A stretch of 43,009 bases of DNA. It comes from Bacteroidia bacterium. GTDB lineage: Bacteria; Bacteroidota; Bacteroidia; J057. Below are positions 25,001-32,641 of the stretch, in pieces; position 1 is the stretch's first letter, and every line of letters starts with the position of its first letter. The stretch covers positions 1 to 43,009 of the forward strand of contig JBJXHA010000271.1 of assembly GCA_046160275.1 (NCBI GenBank), in the 5' to 3' direction. A program made the position numbers and the translations under genes. Below the pieces are notes generated by a model. That model had not been told where the DNA came from and ran no database searches. It saw only the letters and a list, made by a program, of their open reading frames with translations.

Positions 25001-25324
25001 GAGCCACAATGTATCGTGTTCTTTGGATACTTGCCATACAAAATTTTGCTGGGTCGAATTTAAAGGAGGACCTGGGTGAATTGCTTTTTGCCATTTTTCA
25101 TTTTCGTCTTGTGTGGCTATCCAAATATCCCCTGCATCTTTTATTCCTGCAACATTTGAAGGCATATTTCTTCTCCAAAAATACAAAGTTTTGCCATCAG
25201 GCGACAAAGTTGGCTCTCGCTCTTCATATTCGGAGTTGACTTCGGGGGGGAGATGCTCCGCTTTTTGCGCCAACATTGTGCTTACATGAAGGCACAAGCA
25301 AAAAAGCAAAAAAGTACGTATCAT
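22055..25324 (-). CDS. large secreted mosaic protein: PD40/TolB-like repeats, Ig-like modules, propeller-like repeats, Lys/Pro-rich linker, unassigned C-terminal domain
   Basis: 1089 aa with signal peptide MIRTFLLFCLCLHVSTMLAQ. PD40-type motifs are EREPTLSPDGKTLYF, DEDAPYLSPDGKFLFFDSN and DFQMSADGRYAYW. YQWYK/YQWTK/YRWTI Ig-like modules each have paired Cys. Repeats such as GNVVMASD..FLTKYSPEGKILWQK follow. A KPEPKPITPAPKKEPKKPE linker precedes the last ~105 aa (VWDHGAQDNDTLSLNLNGVWV...NLGNVPPNTISMSISDG), which match no family I recognise. Confidence 0.8.
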   Translation of the reverse strand: MIRTFLLFCLCLHVSTMLAQKAEHLPPEVNSEYEEREPTLSPDGKTLYFWRRNMPSNVAGIKDAGDIWIATQDENEKWQKAIHPGPPLNSTQQNFVWQVSKEHDTLWLNRVSNRIGQKDAGVAYCIKNNTDGSWGEQKGLTIKGYAHEGAYKDYFLTKDKTLIITNVADDSYGGTDLYVCFPLNDSTWSTPINMGDVLNTPADEDAPYLSPDGKFLFFDSNGHGGRGNHDIFFSQRLDNTWTNWSKPQNIGSPINTAGYDFDFQMSADGRYAYWCSETNTYGSHDIFRLDLKACKDITVFPEGSIVKCKGDSVILEVGFTMGKDVNYQWYKDSKPVLYATERWLNVKESGVYFVVRRMEGCTETSKPKPIFFHDIPEAQISASVQWLCPEDSTPLRIQKSYETNYQWTKNDIAIPGATALTYYANTPGIYRVKAANKTCAAYSNAVKIEKMQAPLLQNEQNANKGTKEEVLEPEWFPAVLPKFEAKDFIVKSLDKVGKGNYLLSGIHKGEKILNSYDYKGNLLWSKTEKLAYEEEAFYMNADGEGNVVMASDSRFLTKYSPEGKILWQKNTKNPTTLGMTIDANGNIFTMGRFTDTLELEGETLFPAGRGSVFLTKHNPFGKLEWMRVIAVDGMKDDFGARLGADCIGNVYMIGEFERIANFGSPILRAALNLDNFFLAKFTADGKQDWVKRIAVSPMPNGTGDMKIDCHGFIYLVLNNRIYKYNNFGNPTWEDAVYAPSSVIKKVRIAQTGGEYIYLCGITRSPDDYFLTRHIVGSKEPMTALWQGQNANKDDRQEPTIFTDDDGDLFFAGNVRGRALIDASPSPQKAPTLVISRYGFKDNKMEMPPLTICNGDSVKLFTKVQKDLTYRWTIDGNLIPNATQPTFYAKKAGDYRVLVSSPTAKCAQSSEPQRVNDCKLAKNEKKEKPIEKNEPKTPDVVSTPSVIKPEPKPITPAPKKEPKKPELVKYSQGGKPQSILDRRVKQPEEVIVHNKKVKLLVWDHGAQDNDTLSLNLNGVWVLEHFGLQKAKKAIEVELNEGDNFIILYAHNLGNVPPNTISMSISDGTVERSLKLESNLNACGMLNIKLE

Positions 25325-25352
25325 ATTGGTTAGTTTTAAGGTTGAGTACGAA

Positions 25353-25360
25353 CAAAGATA
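25353..25360 (-). promoter_or_regulatory. -7 promoter box TATCTTTG for the 1089-aa gene
   Basis: + strand CAAAGATA is TATCTTTG on the - strand, 28 nt upstream of ATG 25324. Confidence 0.6.
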
Positions 25361-25368
25361 ACTGCAAT

Positions 25369-25421
25369 AAATTTCATTAGAGTTCCGAACCTGCTAAAAG
25401 TTCGGAACTCTAATGAAATTT
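25369..25421 (-). terminator. perfect 22-bp-stem hairpin ending the upstream three-gene unit
   Basis: AAATTTCATTAGAGTTCCGAAC - ctgctaaaa - GTTCGGAACTCTAATGAAATTT lies 43 nt downstream of the stop at 25464. There is no clean U-tract. Confidence 0.6.
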
Positions 25422-25463
25422 GCCATGATTCAAAAATAAGGAATATTTTTTGAAACAGATGTT

Positions 25464-26321
25464 TTATTTTTTTAATTTCATTAAAGTAAATGGTACATCT
25501 GCTTCAGTATCAAAACTTTCCTTTGTATCTCTTAAATACAAAACATTTTGCTCTATTTGAAAAGCAAACCTATCTGTCACACCATCATCTGTGGTAACGA
25601 ATAAAATGCCATTCTCTAATTTCCAGTTTCCTTCGTGCGATCCTTCACTTGGTGCTGAAAAAATTGCTTTTCCTCCACTTTCAAATGACAACTTAATGCT
25701 ACCCATTTCTGGCGTAATTTCCTTACATTCTCCATATTTTAGGCAAATTTCGGAAACAGTCCATTCTCCCATCAAGTTTCTAGCGGAAAAATGAGGCATA
25801 ACATTCACAGAATACCAAGTTTCGTAATCTTTGAACGTTGGAAATGAGGTAAGCATCTCAAATAATTCCTTATCGTTGGGATTTGGGAAATAAATGAAAT
25901 TAAGGCAAGAGCCAATGTCTTCTGTCTTGTAATTCAAAAAGTTAGCCAAAGGCAAGCCGCGCCCTTGTTTGGAAATCATGGAATAATTTAAAGAAGCCCA
26001 ATCTTGAAAAGGTTCATTGTCAAAAGAAGGCTCACTAAAATTGCCATTTACATCAGAAGAAAAAGACATTACTTTTGTTCCTACAACTTTGACACTGAAT
26101 AAATTTTCGACTACATCGGAAGGCTCGATAGATAATGAAGAAATTTGTACAACTTCTGCGCCATCTAAATCACAACAATCGCAGTAGTAGAACAAAAATC
26201 TTTCGTTTTTCAAGATATTCATTAAACTTTCCGCTTCTGCTTTTTCCATCCACGTAATAGAATCTGCCCAACTCAAGAAACTGAAAAAAAGCATTGAAAG
26301 AAAGAGAGTTGTTTTTCTCAT
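25464..26321 (-). CDS. hypothetical secreted protein (C-terminal lipocalin-like segment)
   Basis: 285 aa with signal peptide MRKTTLFLSMLFFSFLSWA. The C-terminal GEWTVSEI...GNWKLENGILFVTTDDG...LYLRD pattern is reminiscent of lipocalin-like domains. The call is weak. Confidence 0.6.
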   Translation of the reverse strand: MRKTTLFLSMLFFSFLSWADSITWMEKAEAESLMNILKNERFLFYYCDCCDLDGAEVVQISSLSIEPSDVVENLFSVKVVGTKVMSFSSDVNGNFSEPSFDNEPFQDWASLNYSMISKQGRGLPLANFLNYKTEDIGSCLNFIYFPNPNDKELFEMLTSFPTFKDYETWYSVNVMPHFSARNLMGEWTVSEICLKYGECKEITPEMGSIKLSFESGGKAIFSAPSEGSHEGNWKLENGILFVTTDDGVTDRFAFQIEQNVLYLRDTKESFDTEADVPFTLMKLKK

Positions 26322-26348
26322 CGTTTTAATATTTAAAAGGTAGTAATT

Positions 26349-26924
26349 TTATTTTTCAGGGAATCTAAAGCCATGAAAGTACATTTCACGAATATTATAA
26401 TTTAGCTCATTTTCGGGTGTATGAATAATGAACATCACTGCCATAAATTGGGCATCTGTCCAAGTCTTCACTTCATACTCTTTGCCCTCCGCATCTTCCC
26501 AATAATCAATTATGCCAATCGCGCTTTCATTTTCGGGATGTATATGCCCTAATCCGTAACCTGCGCTATTTTTTATTTCTAGCTGTTCTTTTAAAAAATC
26601 TAAATAGCTCATTGTCAGCTTATTCAATACATCTTTTTGGATACTACTTTCCTCCTTTATTTCTTCCGAAAATTGAACTAAAATGAAACCAAACTCTTGT
26701 TCATTCCAAGTTGCCGAGCAAATATAAAGGTCAGAACTATCGTTTGAGGTAGAATGTTGAATTTGAGTAGGTTCGCTCGGAAAATAAACGGCACAGCTCG
26801 TCTTTTCAATCGGATATTTTTTGAATCTAGGGGCATTTTGCGCAACAACTGTTGTACTAAGCATCAAGAAACTCATGCAAAGTAAAAAAGTTTGAGGAAG
26901 GATAAAACCTGAAAATAATTTCAT
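26349..26924 (-). CDS. hypothetical secreted protein
   Basis: 191 aa with a signal peptide ending VVAQ. No family recognised. Gaps of 25 and 27 nt to its neighbours suggest an operon. Confidence 0.6.
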   Translation of the reverse strand: MKLFSGFILPQTFLLCMSFLMLSTTVVAQNAPRFKKYPIEKTSCAVYFPSEPTQIQHSTSNDSSDLYICSATWNEQEFGFILVQFSEEIKEESSIQKDVLNKLTMSYLDFLKEQLEIKNSAGYGLGHIHPENESAIGIIDYWEDAEGKEYEVKTWTDAQFMAVMFIIHTPENELNYNIREMYFHGFRFPEK

Positions 26925-26949
26925 AAGATTAAATAAATAAAGGGTGAAT

Positions 26950-28251
26950 CTACTGATTTTTTTTCTTTTCCTCCAAAGCCTTTTTCAATGCATCCAATTT
27001 CGCACGTTCTTCTGCCTCTCTTTTAAGAATTTCTTCTTGCGTCAATTTCGAGTATTTATTAGGCTTAAAAGATTTATCTTTTGATTTATCATACTTATCT
27101 CCATCAACTTCTTTGTTTGCCCATTCCAAACGTTCTTTAATTTTGGCTTCTTTCTCTCTAGTCATGCCAATTTCTTCGTTAGAAACCAAAGTTACGTCTT
27201 TGTACCATACAAAACGCTTTTTTCGCTTATCAAAAAACAAGCCATCTTGCGTTCCATCTGCTCCCAATTCCCATAGTTCTTGGGGCTTTTTAGAACCTCT
27301 AGGCATCGCCAAATGATCATATACAATCATATTCAGTGCTTTGCCTTTGTTGTTAATTTTAACGGGTGCAGAATTCAACGAAAAAGGTGAATTTTCAGAA
27401 TATTTGAATACATTTCTAAATTTCGGAAATTGCGAATAATAGAAAATAGGAGAGCCAAACATTGCCATATCAGGTTTTGCAGGGTCAAACCAAATGACAT
27501 CGGCAAATTTATAATTACAAGTATTGTCTGAGCCATTCCAACCTAAGACCAAATAGACTTTACGCTTTTGCGGCTTGGGTTCGGTGGCTTTATAAACATA
27601 TTCGGGCGTAGGGTAGCCGTCTCCCTCGCGGTGGAAACGCCCTTTTTCATCGGTAAAACTCCCCCCCTTATATTTTACCTTTTTCATGCCCTTTTTATTT
27701 TCGTAGGAAATTACCTCATAACCTGAAATCGTTTGCTTCCCTTTTTCGGGATAATACAATCCGCCCAACCAAGTCGTATTGTCTAACATTGTTCCTTCTA
27801 CCGAACCTTTGGTTACTTTGTCTGCTCCTTCAATCAATGGGATTACGATAACTGCTTGTTTACCAGTTGGGTAAGTATATTTTCTTTGAATTAAACCAAA
27901 ATAAAAATGTTCCTCTTTACCAAAATATTCCTCTTTCTTGGTGTCCTCAATGTACCAAGTAAATACACGAAAGCTATTATCATCGGCGCGCAAAACGGAT
28001 AAAGTTCGCAAAGAATCGAAATTATACTCGTAACTTTCTGGGCGTTGCAAGGTCTCAATTAACAATTTGCTGAAAGTTTTATTGAGTTCCTGTTTGTATT
28101 CTAGCGAGTCGTGGTTTAAAATGTCAAACGCCATTCGTTTGAGTTTCTTTTCCACTTCGGGCAAAGAATTTTGTGCATTTGCGAAACTTAGCCCAAATAA
28201 CACAATAAAAATAGCACTAATGTGAATGATACTTTTTGCTTTGATTTTCAT
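26950..28251 (-). CDS. hypothetical secreted protein with a Lys/Glu-rich C-terminal tail
   Basis: 433 aa with a signal peptide ending FANAQ. The C-terminal ~70 aa are highly charged (REKEAKIKERLEW...EERAKLDALKKALEEKKKNQ), probably a coiled coil. Confidence 0.65.
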   Translation of the reverse strand: MKIKAKSIIHISAIFIVLFGLSFANAQNSLPEVEKKLKRMAFDILNHDSLEYKQELNKTFSKLLIETLQRPESYEYNFDSLRTLSVLRADDNSFRVFTWYIEDTKKEEYFGKEEHFYFGLIQRKYTYPTGKQAVIVIPLIEGADKVTKGSVEGTMLDNTTWLGGLYYPEKGKQTISGYEVISYENKKGMKKVKYKGGSFTDEKGRFHREGDGYPTPEYVYKATEPKPQKRKVYLVLGWNGSDNTCNYKFADVIWFDPAKPDMAMFGSPIFYYSQFPKFRNVFKYSENSPFSLNSAPVKINNKGKALNMIVYDHLAMPRGSKKPQELWELGADGTQDGLFFDKRKKRFVWYKDVTLVSNEEIGMTREKEAKIKERLEWANKEVDGDKYDKSKDKSFKPNKYSKLTQEEILKREAEERAKLDALKKALEEKKKNQ

Positions 28252-28496
28252 ACGAATAGATGACTTTATACTTTTTAGGTAATGGAGAATGAATAACTGA
28301 TAATGTAAAATAGTTTTAACTTGTTTATTATCAATGCTTTGCCCAGAAATATTAATACAACCTAACCCTTAGCTAGTAATTATCTTAATACCATTGAGAT
28401 AACCTTATCAAAAAGGAACAAATATTATTCCATTAACTTAAAATAAGGGTAGATTATTGCAATTTTGCGAAGACCAAAGAGATAGAAATACAGGTT

Positions 28497-29267
28497 TTAC
28501 AAAGGAGTTTCCTCATAAATTTTTTCCATATTTTTGAGTGCCAACCAACCTAACTCGCCATTAGGCAATTTTACATTTGCCCAATCTCCCAATTCTTCTT
28601 TGATTTCTACTTTAATGCCTGCTGTTATTTTGCGAACAGTCGCGCTTTCCTCGCCTGGTTTGGCTTTTAGTTGTGCCTCATTTTGTAGAATAATGGCAAA
28701 ACGGTTGAGATATAAAACATCATAACTACTCATGTAAGCAAAACGCCCTATAATTGCCAAGAACAGAAATAAAATCAACATTCGCATTTTGTTCTTTCGG
28801 GGAGATAGGCGATAGCTTACCGCAAAAAATAAACCAATTCCCAAGAATAATAAGGCAAAAATAGCCCAAAATGTAGGCGAAAACAGGCAAGCAAGGCTTT
28901 TCCACCAACGGAAAATGAATAATTCTGGAATTGGATTTATATTATCTGTTAATTGCTTATTTGCTAAATTCAGATTATTGAGAATATCTTTATTTCCATT
29001 TTCTAACCGTAAGGCGCGTTCATAATTTAAAATGGCTTGAGGGTAATTTTTAAACTGATAATAAGCATTTCCTTCATTATAAAAAGTAGAAGCAGCTCCC
29101 ATTTTTTGGTGATGCAAAGAATCAAGCAAAGAAATACACAAGGCATAACTCCCTTTTTGATAGGCTTGGTTCGCTTGAAGTATCAGATTATCAGGCGTTT
29201 GCGAAAAAGTAAGACAAAAATTTGAAAGCGAATAAAATATAAGAAATAACCAAAAATTGCGTTTCAT
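28497..29267 (-). CDS. BatE-like TPR / SH3b membrane protein
   Basis: 256 aa from ATG 29267; the ORF-track start at 29333 would overlap the upstream gene. TPR motifs NEGNAYYQFKNYPQAILNYERALRL are followed by two TM helices and a C-terminal SH3b-like segment GDWANVKLPNGELGWL. Confidence 0.7.
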   Translation of the reverse strand: MKRNFWLFLIFYSLSNFCLTFSQTPDNLILQANQAYQKGSYALCISLLDSLHHQKMGAASTFYNEGNAYYQFKNYPQAILNYERALRLENGNKDILNNLNLANKQLTDNINPIPELFIFRWWKSLACLFSPTFWAIFALLFLGIGLFFAVSYRLSPRKNKMRMLILFLFLAIIGRFAYMSSYDVLYLNRFAIILQNEAQLKAKPGEESATVRKITAGIKVEIKEELGDWANVKLPNGELGWLALKNMEKIYEETPL

Positions 29268-29288
29268 GGAATTGTTAACTTTAAGTTG

Positions 29289-29296
29289 CAAAGATA
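29289..29296 (-). promoter_or_regulatory. -7 promoter box TATCTTTG for the BatE-like gene
   Basis: + strand CAAAGATA is TATCTTTG on the - strand, 21 nt upstream of ATG 29267. Confidence 0.55.
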
Positions 29297-29311
29297 CAAA
29301 AAAGTTCACAA

Positions 29312-30928
29312 TTACTTTTCTAACTTCATACAAAGAAACTGTTCTAAGTAATCTGTCAAGTGGCTAATTTTAATATGCGTTGTTAAATAAGCAATATACA
29401 CATCGGGACGTACTAGCATCATTGCGGAATCTTTTACACCTAGTGCCTTAAAAAAAGGCTGATTATCAGTATTTTGAGGTAGATGAATGACTTGAAAAAG
29501 GTTTTCTGGAACTTGTTGAAGTAATTTTTCTTTTACTTCTTGGAAAAAAGCAGGTTCTTTTCCTACAATAAAAACGCTAAACTTAGGTGCTTTTAACAAG
29601 TCATAGACAGAAATTGTTTCATTTGAGGAATTTGTTTTGACAAAAAAGTAAGGCAATCTATCTCCGCAAAAGTGTGTAGCTTTTTCCGATAACTCACTGT
29701 CCTTTCCTACTTGCGCAAGCTGCATATTTCGATAATGAAAAGCTGTTTGCGAAATGGTGCGAAACAAAAACTTCTTTACCATGTCAAATCGGAAGGCTTG
29801 TGGCGCAATAAGGGGAAATACATTTAGGCGAAAAAAGCGAATAAGACTAGAATCGGAAGTCATGGCAGAAAATCCTCGGTCAGTTGTTTCCACTAATCTT
29901 TGGGCAAAAGGTAAGCGTTCTTCGTTATAAGTATCTAATAAAGAAGGACTTGCTTGTTTGTTTGTCACCAATGCCATTTTCCACGCCAAATTATACGCAT
30001 CTTGTAAGCCTGTATTCATGCCTTGCCCTCCTGCAGGACTATGTACGTGCGCAGCATCGCCTGCCAAGAAAATTCGCCCTTTTCTAAAAGTATCCACTAC
30101 TCGATGATGCACGCGATAAACAGATGACCATCGCACATCGCTAAAAGTTGCAGGGGTTTCCATGATGGAAGAAATGTAGGTGAGAAGTTGTTCAAAATCA
30201 ATCTTTCCTTCCTCTTGATATTGTTTTGGTAAAATTCCCACCATGCGAAAACGTTTTTCTCCTTTCATGGGAAAGAAAGCAATAAACGTATTTTCTGAAA
30301 TATATAAATTCAATTCTTCATAAGGTAAGTCCCAATCTACTTTTACATCTGCTACGTAAAATAAATTATCGTAAGTTCCTCCGTCAAATTTCATTTCTAA
30401 AGCATGCCGAATCGGACTACGCCCGCCATCGGCAGCAACTACCCAATCCGCATAAATGGTTTCTTCTTCATTCTCAAGGTTTTTAGTCGTAATTTTTACA
30501 AATTTATCGCGCTCCACCAAGGAGATAAACTCCGTTCCCCATTCTACTTTGATGCCTTTTTGTTTCAAAAAATCCACCAACAAACGCTCATTTTTACTTT
30601 GTTCCAAGATGTGCATAAAAGGGTAGGGGCTAATGCCTTTTCCTATTTCTCCTAAGGGAACTTTTTGCAAAGACTTGCCTTTTACAATTAAATTAACAGT
30701 GTTTGTTCTCAAACCTTGTTGCAAGGCAGCCTCCACAATGCCCATTTGGTCATAAATTTCCAAAGTTCTGGCTTGCACGGCTAAGGCTTTAGATTTATCG
30801 GTAGGACAGAGATTTTTTTCAATAATGCGAAAAGGCACGCCAAAACGCGCCAACTGGCAAGCCATCATCAAGCCGGTAGGTCCCGCGCCTACAATCAAAA
30901 TAGAAATATGTTGTGTAGGTTTTTGCAT
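29312..30928 (-). CDS. FAD-dependent aromatic-ring monooxygenase (PheA/TfdB-type)
   Basis: 538 aa. Motifs are the dinucleotide fold ILIVGAGPTGLMMACQLARFG, DGGRSPIR and FLAGDAAHVHSPAGGQGMNTGLQDAYNLAWK. A C-terminal thioredoxin-like extension is typical of this group. Confidence 0.85.
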   Translation of the reverse strand: MQKPTQHISILIVGAGPTGLMMACQLARFGVPFRIIEKNLCPTDKSKALAVQARTLEIYDQMGIVEAALQQGLRTNTVNLIVKGKSLQKVPLGEIGKGISPYPFMHILEQSKNERLLVDFLKQKGIKVEWGTEFISLVERDKFVKITTKNLENEEETIYADWVVAADGGRSPIRHALEMKFDGGTYDNLFYVADVKVDWDLPYEELNLYISENTFIAFFPMKGEKRFRMVGILPKQYQEEGKIDFEQLLTYISSIMETPATFSDVRWSSVYRVHHRVVDTFRKGRIFLAGDAAHVHSPAGGQGMNTGLQDAYNLAWKMALVTNKQASPSLLDTYNEERLPFAQRLVETTDRGFSAMTSDSSLIRFFRLNVFPLIAPQAFRFDMVKKFLFRTISQTAFHYRNMQLAQVGKDSELSEKATHFCGDRLPYFFVKTNSSNETISVYDLLKAPKFSVFIVGKEPAFFQEVKEKLLQQVPENLFQVIHLPQNTDNQPFFKALGVKDSAMMLVRPDVYIAYLTTHIKISHLTDYLEQFLCMKLEK

Positions 30929-30943
30929 GAAAAAAAGAGAATA

Positions 30944-31765
30944 TTAAATCGTTGAATGTCCGTAAAAGCCGAGATTTCTGCCAATTTTCAGCAACAAATC
31001 TACCGCGTTTCTTCCTTTTTCGCCCAAGGCTAAGGAATACTCATTGACATATAAATCAATGTGCTGTTTTTGTACTTCAGGCGATAATTCTTGCGCGTGT
31101 TGCTGCACAAATGCCTGCGATGCTTCAGGGTGGTCAAAAGCGTATTGCACACTCGCTCGCAGTTGGCTTTCTAGTTGACGAATGACCTCATAGCCCAAAG
31201 AACGTTTTGCGACAATCGCGCCTAATGGAATAGGGAGTTGGGTATTACTTTCCCAGTGTTCGCCCAAATCTATGATTTTTTTTAACCCTAATCCTTCGTA
31301 AGTAAAACGATTTTCATGAATAATTACTCCTGCATCAACTTCATCGTTCAAAATAGCAGGCATAATGTCGTGGAAAATCAGTTCTTTTTTATTGCGATGC
31401 TTGGGAGCTGCAAAAGTGAATAAGAGATTTGCTGTTGTATTTAATCCCGGTACGGCTACAGTAAGTTGATTTTCAACAATATCCGCCAAAGAAAGAGGGC
31501 GTTTTGAGATAAGTAAAGGTCCGCAATTATGCCCCAAAGCACTTCCTGCGTCTAAGAGTTCATACTTATCCATAACCAAGCCGTAGGTATTATAAGAGAT
31601 TTTTACCATATCGGGCGCGTGTTCAATTGCCATTTGATTAAGGTGAAAAATGTCGGCAAGTTGAACATCGTATTGAAATGGCTGTGTATCAATGCGTTGG
31701 TTTACCAAAGCATCAAACATGAAGGTGTCGTTTGGGCAGGTGCTGAATGCGAGTGAAATGTTCAT
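30944..31765 (-). CDS. mqnD: 1,4-dihydroxy-6-naphthoate synthase (futalosine pathway)
   Basis: 273 aa. The N-terminal LAFSTCPNDTFMFDALV motif and a periplasmic-binding-protein-like layout are typical of MqnD. Confidence 0.8.
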   Translation of the reverse strand: MNISLAFSTCPNDTFMFDALVNQRIDTQPFQYDVQLADIFHLNQMAIEHAPDMVKISYNTYGLVMDKYELLDAGSALGHNCGPLLISKRPLSLADIVENQLTVAVPGLNTTANLLFTFAAPKHRNKKELIFHDIMPAILNDEVDAGVIIHENRFTYEGLGLKKIIDLGEHWESNTQLPIPLGAIVAKRSLGYEVIRQLESQLRASVQYAFDHPEASQAFVQQHAQELSPEVQKQHIDLYVNEYSLALGEKGRNAVDLLLKIGRNLGFYGHSTI

Positions 31766-31801
31766 ATTTAGTAGTCAATTATTTTCGGTATTTACAGTAG
31801 A

Positions 31802-32623
31802 TTACCATCTTAAAATGTTAATTAACAAGGGGGGAGAAGTCGATTCTTTAGAAAAAGATGGCTCAACATCCCTTGTTGTAGGTGTTGGAATAGATGGATT
31901 TGGGGCAGGAGGCTTGGAAATCGTGCTTTTTAACTTGGTTTGAAAGCCCAAACAGACCGAGAGCGAAAGCCCTTGTAGTTTATCATTACCATTTTTTACG
32001 CCTGTTTGTGCATCTGCTATATTGTCCAAATAATCCGTTGCCACAATGCGATAGGTATAACCTAGTTCTATTTGTAAATGTTTTGCGCATTGCACTCTGA
32101 AACCTACGGACAGTGGGACAGAAGGAATGACGGTATTGTAATTATTTTGATATAAACGAGAGTAAATATTGCTCACTAATGAATATCCGTTTTCGTCTTT
32201 GGCATTAAAGGTAAAAATGCCTGCCCCCGCGCTAACATAAGGCTGGAATCTATACTTCTTAAACATTCGATAACGCAGCATCAAATCTAAATACTGAAAG
32301 CGCGTGTCAACAAAGTTATTCGGTTCAAATTCTCCTACAGTTAAGAAGCGAATCTTGTCGTTTTGCTCCGTAAAACGCCCAAATCCGAAAGATAACTGCC
32401 CTTGTAAATTAGAAACGCCCTCAAACTGTGTACTTACGCAAAGTCCAGGGCTAACCCTCACAAAATCAGTTTCTCCATAAGTGAAATCACCTTGATAGTG
32501 AGAAGATAACATTCCTACTCCTACCCACAGTGTGTAGCCTTTCTCCTGAATATGAAGGTTTTGTGCCACAGCAACTACGGCAAATAGCATACTACAAAAA
32601 AACGAAAATATCCTTATCATCAT
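31802..32623 (-). CDS. OM beta-barrel-like protein (DUF6089-like), paralogue 1, no LysM
   Basis: 273 aa with a signal peptide. Shares YQGDF..R..PG, QGQ.SFGFG, PNNFV, QPYVSAGAGIFTF and TDYLDNI blocks with the next two ORFs. The tail is Pro/Thr-rich. Confidence 0.7.
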   Translation of the reverse strand: MMIRIFSFFCSMLFAVVAVAQNLHIQEKGYTLWVGVGMLSSHYQGDFTYGETDFVRVSPGLCVSTQFEGVSNLQGQLSFGFGRFTEQNDKIRFLTVGEFEPNNFVDTRFQYLDLMLRYRMFKKYRFQPYVSAGAGIFTFNAKDENGYSLVSNIYSRLYQNNYNTVIPSVPLSVGFRVQCAKHLQIELGYTYRIVATDYLDNIADAQTGVKNGNDKLQGLSLSVCLGFQTKLKSTISKPPAPNPSIPTPTTRDVEPSFSKESTSPPLLINILRW

Positions 32624-32641
32624 AATTTTATACCTTTTCCC

